A DNA stretch of 64,000 nt from Malacoraja senta (Eukaryota), in NCBI GenBank assembly GCA_038087875.1, contig CM075987.1:17548001-17612000 (forward strand). The letters run 5' to 3'. The notes beneath the pieces are model-generated. The model was given only the letters and a program-made list of their open reading frames with translations, was not told the origin of the DNA and ran no database searches. Within the stretch, counting starts at the first letter, position 1. The number at the start of each line of letters is the position of its first letter. Made by a program: the position numbers and the translations under genes. Shown one piece after another: positions 11,812 through 22,848 of this stretch.

Positions 11812-12152
11812 TAGAGTTTAGTTATTAGTCAGTGTTAGTTTTAGAGATACAGCATGTAAACAGGCCCTTCGGCCCACCATGTCCACACCGACCATTGGTC
11901 AACGGTACAATCGTTCCATGTTATCCCATTTTCTCACTCACTCCCACACACTAGAGGCAATATACAGAAGCCAATTAACCTACAAACCTGCACGTTTTTG
12001 GAATATGCGAGGAAACCAGAGCACCCGGAGCAAACCCACACAGTCGCAGGGAGAAGGTGAAAACTCCGTACAGACAGCACCCGTTGTCAGGATCGAACCT
12101 GGGTCTGAGGCGCTAGAGGCAACAACTCTACCAGTGTGCCACTGTGATGCCC
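11812..12152 (-). mobile_element. HE1-type tRNA-derived V-SINE
   Basis: Head with box A/B (ggttcgatcc), V-domain-like gggtttgctccgggtgctctggtttcctc, and a CR1-like 3' end. Confidence 0.8.
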
Positions 12153-12179
12153 AATGAATTAAACAATTTATTTTAATTT

Positions 12180-13190
12180 AGATAAATGCAAGCCGTTGCA
12201 TTTTGGGAAGACAACCTAGGGCAGGACTTGCATAGTAAATGGTAGGGCCGTGAGGTGTGTTGTAGAGCTGAGGGATCTGGGGATACAGGTACATTATTCC
12301 CTGACGGTGGGGACACACGTGGACAGGGTGGTGAGAAATGGACAAAAGACAATAGGTGCAGGAGTAGGCCATTCGGCCCTTCGAGCCAGCACCGCCATTC
12401 AATGTGATCATGGCTGATCATCCCCAATCAGTACCCCGTTCCTACCTTCTCCCCATATCCTCTGACTCCGCTATCTTTAAGAGCCCTATCCAGCTCTCTC
12501 TTGAAAGTATCCAGAGAACCGGCCTCCACCGCCCTCTGAGGCAGAGAATTCCACAGACTCACAACTCTCTGGGTGAAGAAGTGTTTCCTCGTCTCCGTTC
12601 TAAATGGCTTACCCCTTATTCTTAAACTGTGGCCACTGGTTCTGGGTTATGAATGGGTTCAGCCTACCTGTCAGGTCAGGGTATTGAGCACAGGAGCTGG
12701 GACATCATGTTACAATCGTAAAATACATTGATCAGGTCGCATTTGGACCTTTGTGCCCAGTTCTGGACAGTCTGTTAAACAGGAAGGATGTCATGAAACT
12801 GCAAATGGTTCAAAAAAGATAATGAAGATGTTACTGGATTTGGAGGGTTGAGTGGGATAGGCTGCGATGTTTCTCCCCGCAGCATAGAATATTGAGGGGT
12901 GACCTTATAGAGGTTTATAAAATCACAAGGGACCATTCACAGTCTTTCACCCCGGTTGGTGGTTCTAACGGCAGAGGGCACGGCTTTAAGGTGAGAGTGG
13001 AAAGATTTAATAGGAAGCTGAGGGGCAACTTTTTCAGGTTGATGGGTGTATGGAATGAGCTGCTAGAGGAGGTAGTTGATCCAGGTACGATACTAATATT
13101 CAAGACATTTGGGCAGGTATGTGAATGGGAAAGGTTTTGTGGGATATGGGCCAAACGCAGACAAATGGGACTAGCTTGGTTTGGCATCTA
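12180..13190. mobile_element. Old + strand CR1 fragments with a nested - strand CR1 3' end (12345-12645)
   Basis: RGDLIEVYKI...GVWNELLEEVV; typical CR1 3' UTR. Confidence 0.7.
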
Positions 13191-13319
13191 GAGTTATATT
13201 GACCAACCTCGCTGTGAAAATGTAGCCCATGGGTCCTTTAAAATCTCTCTCCTCTCACCTAAACCAGTGTCCTCTAGTTTTAGACAGCCATACTCTGGGG
13301 AGAAATCTGGCTAACTATG

Positions 13320-14005
13320 CCCCTCATGACTTTATACACCTCTATAAGGTCACCCCTCATGAATTTATACACCTCTATAAGGTCACTCCATGATTTATAC
13401 ACCTCTATAAGGTCACCCCTCATGAATTGATACACCTGTATAAGGTCACTACATGATTTTATACACCTCTCTAAGGTCACTTCTCCGTGGATTGACACCT
13501 TGTCGTGGTGGAGAAGCTTGTGTGGTCCTGTGATCCTGAGAGCGATGCCGACTGGAGCGATGCTCCTGGTACGGCAACCCATGGCGGTAAGGTCGAGGGG
13601 GAGGACTCTGACAAAGAGCAACCCAACCAAGACCTCAACGGTGGAACAGGCAGAGGACGATGGGTGACCTTAGTGGAGCGGCACAACGGCTGGGAAGGCG
13701 GATGAAGGCTGCAGCAGAAAAGGGTCTTCGGTCGTCTTGGACTCCATGCCACTGGATCCTGCCCCAGATCTGTCAAGAACCGTGTGGTGGCTGTCTGTGC
13801 ACCAGTCTCCCCACGTTAAACAAAGTCATGCACAGGCGTCCTCCATATAGGGAATAGCACCCTGGAGACACCCATGTTCAGCCATGACCGAAGGGGGTGT
13901 AAGAACGTCACTCCATGACTTTATGCACCTCTATAAGGTCACCCCATGACTTTATACAACTGTAAGGTCACTCCATGACTCTATAAGGTCACTACATGAC
14001 TTTAT
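13320..14005. repeat. About 30-bp minisatellite (ccctcatgactttatacacctctataaggtca) amplified from CR1 coding sequence, split by an insertion
   Basis: Repeated MRGDLIEVYK units in ORF 13280..13630; the array resumes at 13907. Confidence 0.85.
13482..13906 (+). mobile_element. RTE-derived non-autonomous element (SINE-like), copy 1
   Basis: 5' end caccttgtcgtggtggagaagcttg...acccatggcggtaaggtc resembles the RTE/BovB 5' UTR; (aag) tail; TSD gtcact. Closely similar copy at 30359-30759. Confidence 0.7.
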
Positions 14006-14268
14006 TGTGTGCTTTTCACTGTACCTCAGTACACAAGGCCATAATAAACCTAAACCAATCGCATGACGTGCTCCCTGTGTCTGGGCGCCCAGAACTACAC
14101 ACTGTACTCCAAGTGTGGTCTCACCAATGACGTGTGCAGTCCGTGTGCTAAACCCACCACTGTCTCTGTGTCAGTGTGCCTCCCGTGACTGTGCTGGGGA
14201 CAGGGGCAGGCGGGTCGGCGCCCGTCTCGCCCGTGCCCTCCGACTGTGGAAGGTGACGGAGGAATTAC

Positions 14269-14381
14269 CTGGGGAACAGTCGCTAGACTCCGCTTCCTCT
14301 TCCCAGAGACCACGTAAGGGAACACAAATCTGTAATCCGTCAGCTCGTCCAGAAGGCTCTTCCTGTGGAGTCCGTCTGCAG
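14269..14381 (-). CDS. ADAM-family metalloprotease, coding exon 2
   Basis: Acceptor tttccctttgtatcccaag (alternative in-frame cag acceptor at 14375) and donor gtaatt; 113 nt, phase 1 to 0. Reads (A)ADGLHRKSLLDELTDYRFVFPYVVSGKRKRSLATVPQ. Duplicated at 60788-60900. Confidence 0.85.
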
Positions 14382-14981
14382 CTTGGGATACAAAGGGAAA
14401 CAGAGGCCGGTGAGCCTCACATCAGTGGCACAATAAACAATAGACAATAGGAGCAGGAGTAGGCCATTCGGCCCTTCGAGCCAGCACCGCCATTCAATGT
14501 GATCATGGCTGATCATCCCCAATCAGTACCCCGTTCCTGCCTTCTCCCCATATCCCCTGACTCATCTCCGTTCTAAATGGCCTACCCCTTATTCTTAAAC
14601 TGTGGCCCCTGGTTCTGGACTCCCCCAACATCGGGAACACGTTTCCTGCCTACGGAAACTTCTGGTGAGGATTCTTCAATGTAGCAATTACCCCCATTTG
14701 GGGAAGACTGGGTTAATTAGGGACAGTCAGCATGGCTTCGTACACGGCAGGCCGTGTCTTATTAACTTGATCAAATGTTTTGACGGGGTGACAAAGGTGA
14801 TCGATGAGGTTCAAGATTCAAGATTCAATATAAACAAAGACACGTTAGTTAGGAAGTTTGCAGATGACACCAAGATTGCTGGGATTGTGGGCTTTGGGAA
14901 GGCTGTCAAAGTTTACAGTGGGATATAGATCAGCTCCAGAAATCAGCAGAGAGATGGCAGATGGAGTTAATGTCAGCAAGT

Positions 14982-15365
14982 GTAAAGTAAAGTAAAGTAA
15001 ATTTATTTATACAGCACTTTTCAATCAATTTCAATCAAAGAAGCCAAAGTGCTTTACAGAGAAAATTATCCATATAAATAATAAAAAGAGGTAGAAAAAA
15101 AAAGACACAACACACTATAAGAGATTCAACACAAACATCCCCCACAGCAGAATCTACACTCTCCACTGTGAGGGAAGGCACCAAACTGTCAAGTCCTCCT
15201 CCTCCTCCTAGTCCACCCGAGGTCGGGGCCAGCCAGTCTGAGGCCACCGCAGCCAGTCGCCGCAACGGCAGCCCGATGATTGTAGGCCCACCCGCCGGGA
15301 AGCTGGAACACCGGCATCGGGTGGAAAAGTCCTCAGCAGCCTTGAAGTGTCTGGAGTGCTGCACA
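14982..15365 (-). mobile_element. Short non-autonomous retroposon, hairpin-core copy B (L2-type tail)
   Basis: Hairpin at 15138-15175. Tail tgtaaagcactttggc...aagtgctgtataaataaat(ttact)n matches the L2 3' end at 63275-63356. Confidence 0.7.
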
Positions 15366-15917
15366 AGGGTAGGTCAAATGTGAGGGGGAAATGCAGGGCT
15401 GCCAACTCTCACGCTTTCAGCGTGAGAATCACGCCTTGGAGCCAATTCTCACGCCCTCACGCTGATGACCGAGTTCTCACGCTGAGTTCAGTCCCTGTGC
15501 AGTTTGTCCCTTTGCGCCGCGTGCCAGCACGATCTGTCCGGTCTGGGGAAGCCCGTCGGTTGCCGGCTGTGAGTGACGTCGCGTCTCTTCTCTTCACTGT
15601 TGGTCGAATGTGCAGCTGCCGACAACATGAAGCAGCCGGAGATGGAACTAACCCGGTGAAGCGGTTGTAAAACATGGGGAGGGGGAGCGACGACGACCAC
15701 AATTAGGCCAAACATCTAGGACAGGGTTTGGACTACGGGCACACGGCCCGTAACCCGAAACACCGCGTATTGTTTTCAATTCGTTTTCGCGGGGTCGGGG
15801 CAGGCGAGCCGAGCTGAGAACTGCGGCCGGTCCCTGGGACGGGAGCTGATCTGGGAACAGCAGCCAGTCCCTGGGCACGCAGAATGGCAACTTGATCAGT
15901 ATGGACCAATTGGGCCC

Positions 15918-16552
15918 AAGGAAGAGAGAGGGGGTGGAGAGCGAGGAGAGAAGGGGAGAGAGGGGGGGGGAAGAGAGAGGGGTGGTAAAAGAGAGAGGAG
16001 AAAGAGGGAGAGAGGGGGGGGGGAGAGAGAAACGGGGGGAAGAGGGAGAGAGGAGGGCAAAGAGAAAGGAGATGGAGAAAAAGAGGGGAGAGAGAGGGTA
16101 GGGAGGGCAAGGGGGAGAGTGAGGTGGGAGGAAGAGAGGGGGAAGAGAGAGAGGAGGCGAGAGAGACAGGGAGAGTGAGGTGAGGGGAGAGAGGAGAAAG
16201 AGGGGGGAGAGAGAGAGGGGGAGAGAGAATGGAGAGAGAGGGGAAGAAAGGAGAGGGGGGAGAGAGAAGAGAGGGAAAGGGAGAGAGAGGGGGGAGATGG
16301 GAGAGAGAGGGGGTGAGAGGAGAGAGAGGGAGTGAGAGGGAGTGAGAGCAGAGAGAGGGGAGAGAGAGAGGGAGGGGAGATGGGGGAGAGAGGGGGTTAG
16401 AGGAGAGAGAGCGGAAGAGAGGGGAGAGAGAGAGGGAGAGAGAGAGGGGGGAGAGTGAGGTGGGAGGGAGAAAGAGGGAGAGAGAGGAGAGAGAGTGGGG
16501 GAGAGAGAGTGGGGGAGAGAGAGAGGGGGAGGGAGATAGGGGGATATAGAGG
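15918..16552. repeat. About 630-bp polypurine (GA-rich) low-complexity tract
   Basis: Almost exclusively G/A on the + strand. Confidence 0.95.
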
Positions 16553-16796
16553 CAGGGCTGCCAACTCCCATGCATTGAGCATGAGAATCACGCATTTTGC
16601 CAAATTTCTCACGCTCTGTCGTGAGAAACTCTGTGATCAACGAAAATTTCAAAACTAATATCAACTGCATGGGCCACGGGAGTTGGAAGCAGAAGCAGCG
16701 GCGGGGACAGATGCGGACGGGGAGCGGGGATGACGAGTGTTTGCTGGGATGGCGAGTGTTTGCTGGGCTGGCGAGTCGCTCACTGCAACTCCGGCC

Positions 16797-16952
16797 ATGG
16801 AGCAGCCTCAGTGCAAGAGTCCCGGGCCATCGGCGACGTCAGAAGCGTTGCGCCGCTGCCGTGGGAATCTCTGTGCCAAATTCGCCCAGGTGACCGGCAT
16901 GGATCAGGCTGCGGCTCGGTGCATCCTGGAGGACAACCAATGGCTGCTGGAA
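16797..16952 (+). pseudogene. Orphan first coding exon encoding a UBA-like domain (TDP2 N-terminus-like) inside the transposon
   Basis: Kozak gccATGg; CpG-rich; MEQPQCKSPGPSATSEALRRCRGNLCAKFAQVTGMDQAAARCILEDNQWLLE, then a perfect donor gtaagt (phase 0). No exon 2 found. Confidence 0.6.
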
Positions 16953-19900
16953 GTAAGTACGAAGCACTGGGTAGTAACGGTGGAAGATAGTGGACTTCAA
17001 ATGGGAGTGGTTGGAGAAAGCATCCTGCTTGCCTGCTAGATTTTCACTTACTGTAACTGCAGGAAAAATGTTCCCAATGTTGGGGGAGTTCAGAACCAGA
17101 GGTCACAGTTTAAGAATAAAGGGTAGGCCAGTTAGGACTGAGATGATGACAAACTTTCTTCACCAGAGAGTTCTGAATCTGTGTAATTCTCTGCCACAGA
17201 AGGCAGTGCAGGTGCCCACACCCACCAACATGTCCCAGCTACGCTACCTGCTTTTGGTCCATACCTCCAAACCTGCCCTATCCATGTATCAGTCTAACTG
17301 TTTCTTAAATGTTGGGATGGTCCCTGCCTCAACTACCTCCTCTGGCATTTTGTTCCATACATCCACCACCCTTTGTGTGGAATAAGTTACCCCTTAAAAA
17401 GTTACCTCTTAAAAATAATTAATACAAAAAACATTGAAATTATACTTCTACATTGCCCTAAACCTTGATATTAATACATCAAATTTCAAAAAGTCCCTAC
17501 CCTGGGAGGGGGGACACCCCACTTCCACACCCTCTCCCCATTCGGTTGCTCCACTCCCTCACCGGGTACCCCCAAAGCCAGTGATCAGTGATCGCTCAGC
17601 CTCCCCACCTTCAAAAATGCTCCATGGTCCTTGGTTCAGATGGAGAACACTGCCAGATGTGAGCGGGGAACTGAGGCCAGTTGTCCATGATGTCTGGATC
17701 CCAATGCTCAGCGCTTCATGTTTCGGAGTTGGCTAATGTTATTGATTTGTAATTAGCCTGATTTGTAATTAGTTGACAAAACCTTAATTTATGAATCTGG
17801 AATATCCAGGGGGATGGGATAAGTGTAATATTAAAATGATATGCAAGGTGTCAGGCTGTCTGTCACAACATACAGCCCCGTTAACCCATTATTTCCTTCA
17901 GTTAAATATTGGGAAGGTAGCACTATTGTCATTTGCCACTCAACTATTGTGTTTGTTTACCTCACTGACTATTTCTAAGCCCCCCCCTAAATTCCTTTGA
18001 CAGGTTGAATAAAAATGTCCCCAATAACGAATTCAACACGTAGATGAACATCCTCAAGGAGTGTAATCAGATGGAAACTGATTCAAATGCGATATTTAAG
18101 AGCTTGTTCAAAGAAGGGGAAAATTTTAAAGGAGTGACGGAGATACTTGCAGGGGAATGTGTGAGGAGGTTATTATTTTCTTTAGTTTTAGCTTGAACCA
18201 GGACATCTGAAGATTTAAAGTTTAATATAGTAATTGTACTGATACTGAACCCAACCAACCACGTAATGAATATCATCCATTCCGGAGGTTTGACTTTTAT
18301 GATGCCATTTAAACTTCACTTGGATTTCAATCACTTCAATGTAAAAGTAATTGGGAATGGGGAGCATTGGAACAAAAAATTGCCCTCGGTACATATTAAC
18401 TGCAATATAATAATGTATGCATGTAGGTAGGTGCAATCAAAACAAAGATATTGTTATCATTGTTGTGTTATGGATACCACAGAAAATATTATGTACTCTC
18501 AAGATCACATTTAATAGAATAATATTGCTTAAATATATAGTTATTGGACTTTGTAATTCGGAAAAGTCCCAGCTGAGAGGATGACAGCAAAATACTGAAA
18601 ATATTGGGGGTGAAAATGACTTCAGGACAGTTTGTTAGGAAAATGAAAGAAATGGTAACAGAATACTTATACAGCTGAGTGAGTATAATTTTATGGATGA
18701 GAAATTGTGTTCAACCAATTGATGACTAGCATGTTAGATAACAAGGAAGCCAATGGATGTAGCAAATTTTGTTATAGATAATTTGGTCTGTGAAGTGCCC
18801 CATAAAAGATTACTGCATTAGATAAGCACCTGTGGACTTGAACGTAATAGGTTAAGTCCAGGGGGTCAGATATGGGGCTTTATGTGAGGGCCAGATATAT
18901 TGTCAGTGCAGAGGGGCTAGGAGCAAGGCCAAGTGTGCATCCAGAGTCAAGGTCTGGAATAGTACTAGGTGTGCAGTCAAAGCCGGGACCAGGGGAGTGT
19001 TCAGCACTGGGAACCTAAGCAGGTAAGCAGCTATGATCAGGGTAGAATAGGGGGGGGGGAGGTGTAAGGCTGGACTCAGGGTCAGGAATGAGATAATGTC
19101 AGGGTCAGGAATGAGAGAAGGTATGCAACTGGAGTCAGGGTCACGAGTAGTACCCGGTGTGCAGTGAGACCCAGGTTGGTCAACATGGGCCATGTTTGAT
19201 TATATTCTGATTTCCATACATGAATATACTAAGATCATTCATGTGCTGCACCTGTTGATCAAAGCCTGGGCTCTACTGTGGAATGTAATTAGGAATGTAA
19301 TTTAATTTAACATTCAATCCAATTTAATCCAATTTAAAGCATATATATTGCATTCAAGTGTAAGTTAAAAGACTCGCTACAGTATGCATCATATTGTAGC
19401 GAGTGCCCCACCCTCCCCCCCGGTCGCTATGCTCCCTCGGGCTTGGTCTCTCGCAATTTCTCACTCCCAACTCTCACCCAATGTTGGCAGCCCTGAAAAT
19501 GTACAGATAGTGGCATGACCCACATCAGCATTCATGTACAGAGAGATCTTGGGGCCGGTCCATAACTCCCTGAATGTGGCAATGGCAGATAGAGGGATAA
19601 AGAGGGCATGTGGTTTACTTGCCTTCATAGGTCTGGGCTTTGAGTATAAGAGCCAGGATGGCTTGATGTAGCTTTATAATACTTTGGTCAGGCCACATTT
19701 GGAGCATTGTGTGCAGTTCTGGTCGCCCCATTACAGGAAGGATGTTAGAAATATAGAAATATAGAAAATAGGTGGAGTAGGCCATTCAGCCCTTTGAGCC
19801 TGTACTGCCATTCAATATGATCATGGCTGATCATCGAACTCAGTATCCTGTACCTGCCTTCTGTCCATACCCCCGATCCCTTTAACCACAAGGGCCACAT

Positions 19901-20971
19901 CTAACTCCCTCTTAAATATAGCCAATGAGTACAAGCCGAGTCTATCCAGTCTTTCTTCATATGAAAGTCCTGACATCCCAGGAATCAGTCTAGTGAACCT
20001 TCTCTGTACTCCCTCTATGGCAAGAATGTCTTTCTTCAGATTTGGAGACCAAAACTGTACGCAATACTCCAGGTGTGGTCTCACCAAGACCCTGTACAAC
20101 TGCAGTAGAACCTCCCTGCTCCTATACTCAAATCCTTTTGCTAGGAATGCAAACATTCCATTCGCTTTCTTCACTGCCTGCTGCACCTGCATGCCTACTT
20201 TCAATGACTGGTGTACCATGACACCCACGTTTCGTTGCATCTCCCCTTTTCCTAATCGGCCACCATTGAGATAATAGTCTACTTTCCTGTTTTTGCCACC
20301 AAAGTGGATAACCTCTCATTTATCCTCATTATACTGCATCCGCCATGCATTTGCCCACTCACCCAGCCTATCCAAGTCATCTTGCAGCCTCCTAGCATCC
20401 TCCTCATAGCTAACACTGTCCCCCAGCTTCGTGTCATCCGCAAACTTGGAGATGTTGCATTCAATTCCCTCATCCAAATCATGAATATATATTGTAAATA
20501 GCTGGGGTCCCAGCACTGAGCCTTGCGGTAACCCACTAGTCACTGCCTGCCATTCTGAAAAGGACCCGTTTACTCTTTGCTTCCTGTTTGCCAGCCAGTT
20601 CTCTATCCACATCAATACTGAACCCCCAATACCGTGTGCTTTAAGTTTGTATACTAATCTCTTATGTGGGATCTTGTCGAAAGCCTTCTGAAAGTCCAGA
20701 TATAACACATCCACTGGTTCTCCCTTATCCACTCTACTAGTTACATCCTCAAAAAATTCTATAAGATTCGTCAGACAAGACTTCCGGTGGCGTCATGTTA
20801 GACTAACAGACGTGCACCCAGCTCCTCTCCCGAAAAACTTCACGATTTATCGTGTAAAACGGGTCCGAAAATCGGGATTGTTTTTAAAAACCTTACCGGA
20901 GCTTCTGGTTACCGCGCTGATGACGTCATCGTTAAACGCGATGTTTTAAACGGTGGTTTGAAGCCCTTTAA

Positions 20972-22039
20972 ATGAGTAAATTGCCTCCAGCTGTGAGCCC
21001 TCAGAGAGCTGTGAATAAGCTGTCGAAAAAGTTTGAAGCAGAAGTTACCTCTGAAGTCTCTGAAGTGGCTGCAGAAATGGATACAAGATCTAAGAAAGAC
21101 TTTGATGACTTGAAGAAATCAATGAAAAATTTGAAAGATGAGATCTCGGATAATAGGGTGGAAGATAAGAAGGAAATGAAGGAAAATTCGGCAAAAATGA
21201 TGGAAGGAATGGAGATGATGAAGGATTTAAATGCTGGTAACCAGAAGAATATGACGGATTTACTGGACATTATGAATAAACGAATTGATGAGGTGAAAGA
21301 TGGACTATCAGAGAAAATGGATAAGATGGATGTAATTACTACGGATAAGTTCACGGATGTACTTGAAACAGTAGCTGCAAGTATGCACACAATTACGGAA
21401 TTGGAGAAAAATACGGCTCGACTGGTTGAAGACATGGCGAAATTGGGGCAAGAACATGAGCAAATGAGGCGAGAAAACGAACAAGCATCACTACAAATGG
21501 GGACTCAATTAGAGAAAGTCTCAGTCAAATGCCTGGACCTGGAAGCTCGCTCTAGACGCCAGAATTTGAGAATTCTTGGTGTTTCAGAGGGGGCAGAAGG
21601 GGAACAGGTACGTGAATTTGCCATGGGCTTGTTGAAACAACTGTTGAATCTTTCCAAGGAACCGAAAATCGAAGTGGCTCATCGTGTCCCAAGATTTGGA
21701 AAAAGATCTGATGCGGGAAAAGCTTATCCACGACATATTATAGTGAAATTTCGAGATACTGCAGAACTGGAATATGTTATGAGTAAAATCAAATATGGTG
21801 TACAATTGCGGCTGGACAAGGACACTATTAAGATATTCAGGGACTACCCACATGAAATTGTGCAAAAAAGAAACAAATTTGATAAGGTTAAAGATCTTTT
21901 AAGAGGGAGAGAAGGGGTCAGATTTGGGGTTTTTTATCCCGCGAAAATGCGTATTTCCTTTAATGGTCTTGAAAAGTCATTTGTTAAGCCTGAAGACGCA
22001 TTCAAATATGCCCAAACGATTGTTGAAAAACAGAAATAA
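20972..22039 (+). CDS. L1 ORF1p (coiled coil + RRM + CTD RNA-binding protein)
   Basis: 355 aa; motifs LEARSRRQNLRILGVSEG, IEVAHRV, PRHIIVKF, IFRDY and FYPAKMRI. Confidence 0.92.
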   Translation: MSKLPPAVSPQRAVNKLSKKFEAEVTSEVSEVAAEMDTRSKKDFDDLKKSMKNLKDEISDNRVEDKKEMKENSAKMMEGMEMMKDLNAGNQKNMTDLLDIMNKRIDEVKDGLSEKMDKMDVITTDKFTDVLETVAASMHTITELEKNTARLVEDMAKLGQEHEQMRRENEQASLQMGTQLEKVSVKCLDLEARSRRQNLRILGVSEGAEGEQVREFAMGLLKQLLNLSKEPKIEVAHRVPRFGKRSDAGKAYPRHIIVKFRDTAELEYVMSKIKYGVQLRLDKDTIKIFRDYPHEIVQKRNKFDKVKDLLRGREGVRFGVFYPAKMRISFNGLEKSFVKPEDAFKYAQTIVEKQK

Positions 22040-22848
22040 AAGGGAGCTTTGGCAGATCCGAATAATTCTCAGCTATGTTTTGTCTGGGGATAGTTACACT
22101 GTTATCTCTGGAATGTTGAATCAAGGACATTTTCTGTTCAAAACGTGTAAACAACTTTACAGCTGGAATATGAATCAGAAAATAATTGCTTATTGATTAA
22201 AATGTTATAACCAATTGTAAGAACTTATCCTATTAACAACTTTAAAAGTTATGCAGGTTAGATTAGAATACTAACAAAAAAAACAAAAAAATAATGAACT
22301 AACATACTAATATGAATTTTTAATAAATTGTAACCTTGTCTATAAGCGGGAGGAGGGGATGAGAAACGAGCTCCTGGCTTATGTCCAGGAGCACGTCTCG
22401 TTAACCCCTTCAACCAACAGTTGATTCTTATTGAAATCAAAAATATTGGTTTAATAATTAAACTCTGATATATATATATGTTATAAGGAAATATCAGGGT
22501 AAAATTGTATTATATATCTGAATGTGAGGCCTCGTTTTAATATTTTAATATGTTATGATTAACTAAGAGAGCGGAGCTAGTTGAGTAACAACGCAATGGA
22601 AGTCAACACAAGGTTTTTTCCCACCTACAGGTGGGTCACTCGCTACAGTGCCGATTATATCAGACACTGTAGCCTCACTTTTTTAGTTTTTTTTTAATCA
22701 CATAAAATCACTTGTTTGTGTTTTGTGTTTAGTGATAAGAGTAATAAGGACATACCAGCAAAAGTTAATAATTCAAAAACTCCCCCAATACCTAAAGACC
22801 TGGGACATGGACGCACCACAAGATTCAAAGGTACTATAATTATTCAAA

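Larger units (their letters stand above)
15394..19495 (+). mobile_element. Composite non-autonomous hAT-like DNA transposon with captured genomic DNA
   Basis: 13-bp TIRs cagggctgccaac (15394) and gttggcagccctg (19483-19495); second left end at 16553; subterminal ctcacgc/gcgtgag repeats; flanks gaaatg / aaaatg; splits a CR1 fragment. Confidence 0.75.

Noticed and set aside
15648..16670. 340-aa and 280-aa Pro/Ser/Leu-rich ORFs
   Set aside because: Stop-free reading of the GA/CT low-complexity tract.
18004..18300. Second exon of the TDP2-like gene after the acceptor-like tttgacag
   Set aside because: The phase-0 frame stops immediately (gtt gaa taa) and shows no RALNxYF-like continuation.
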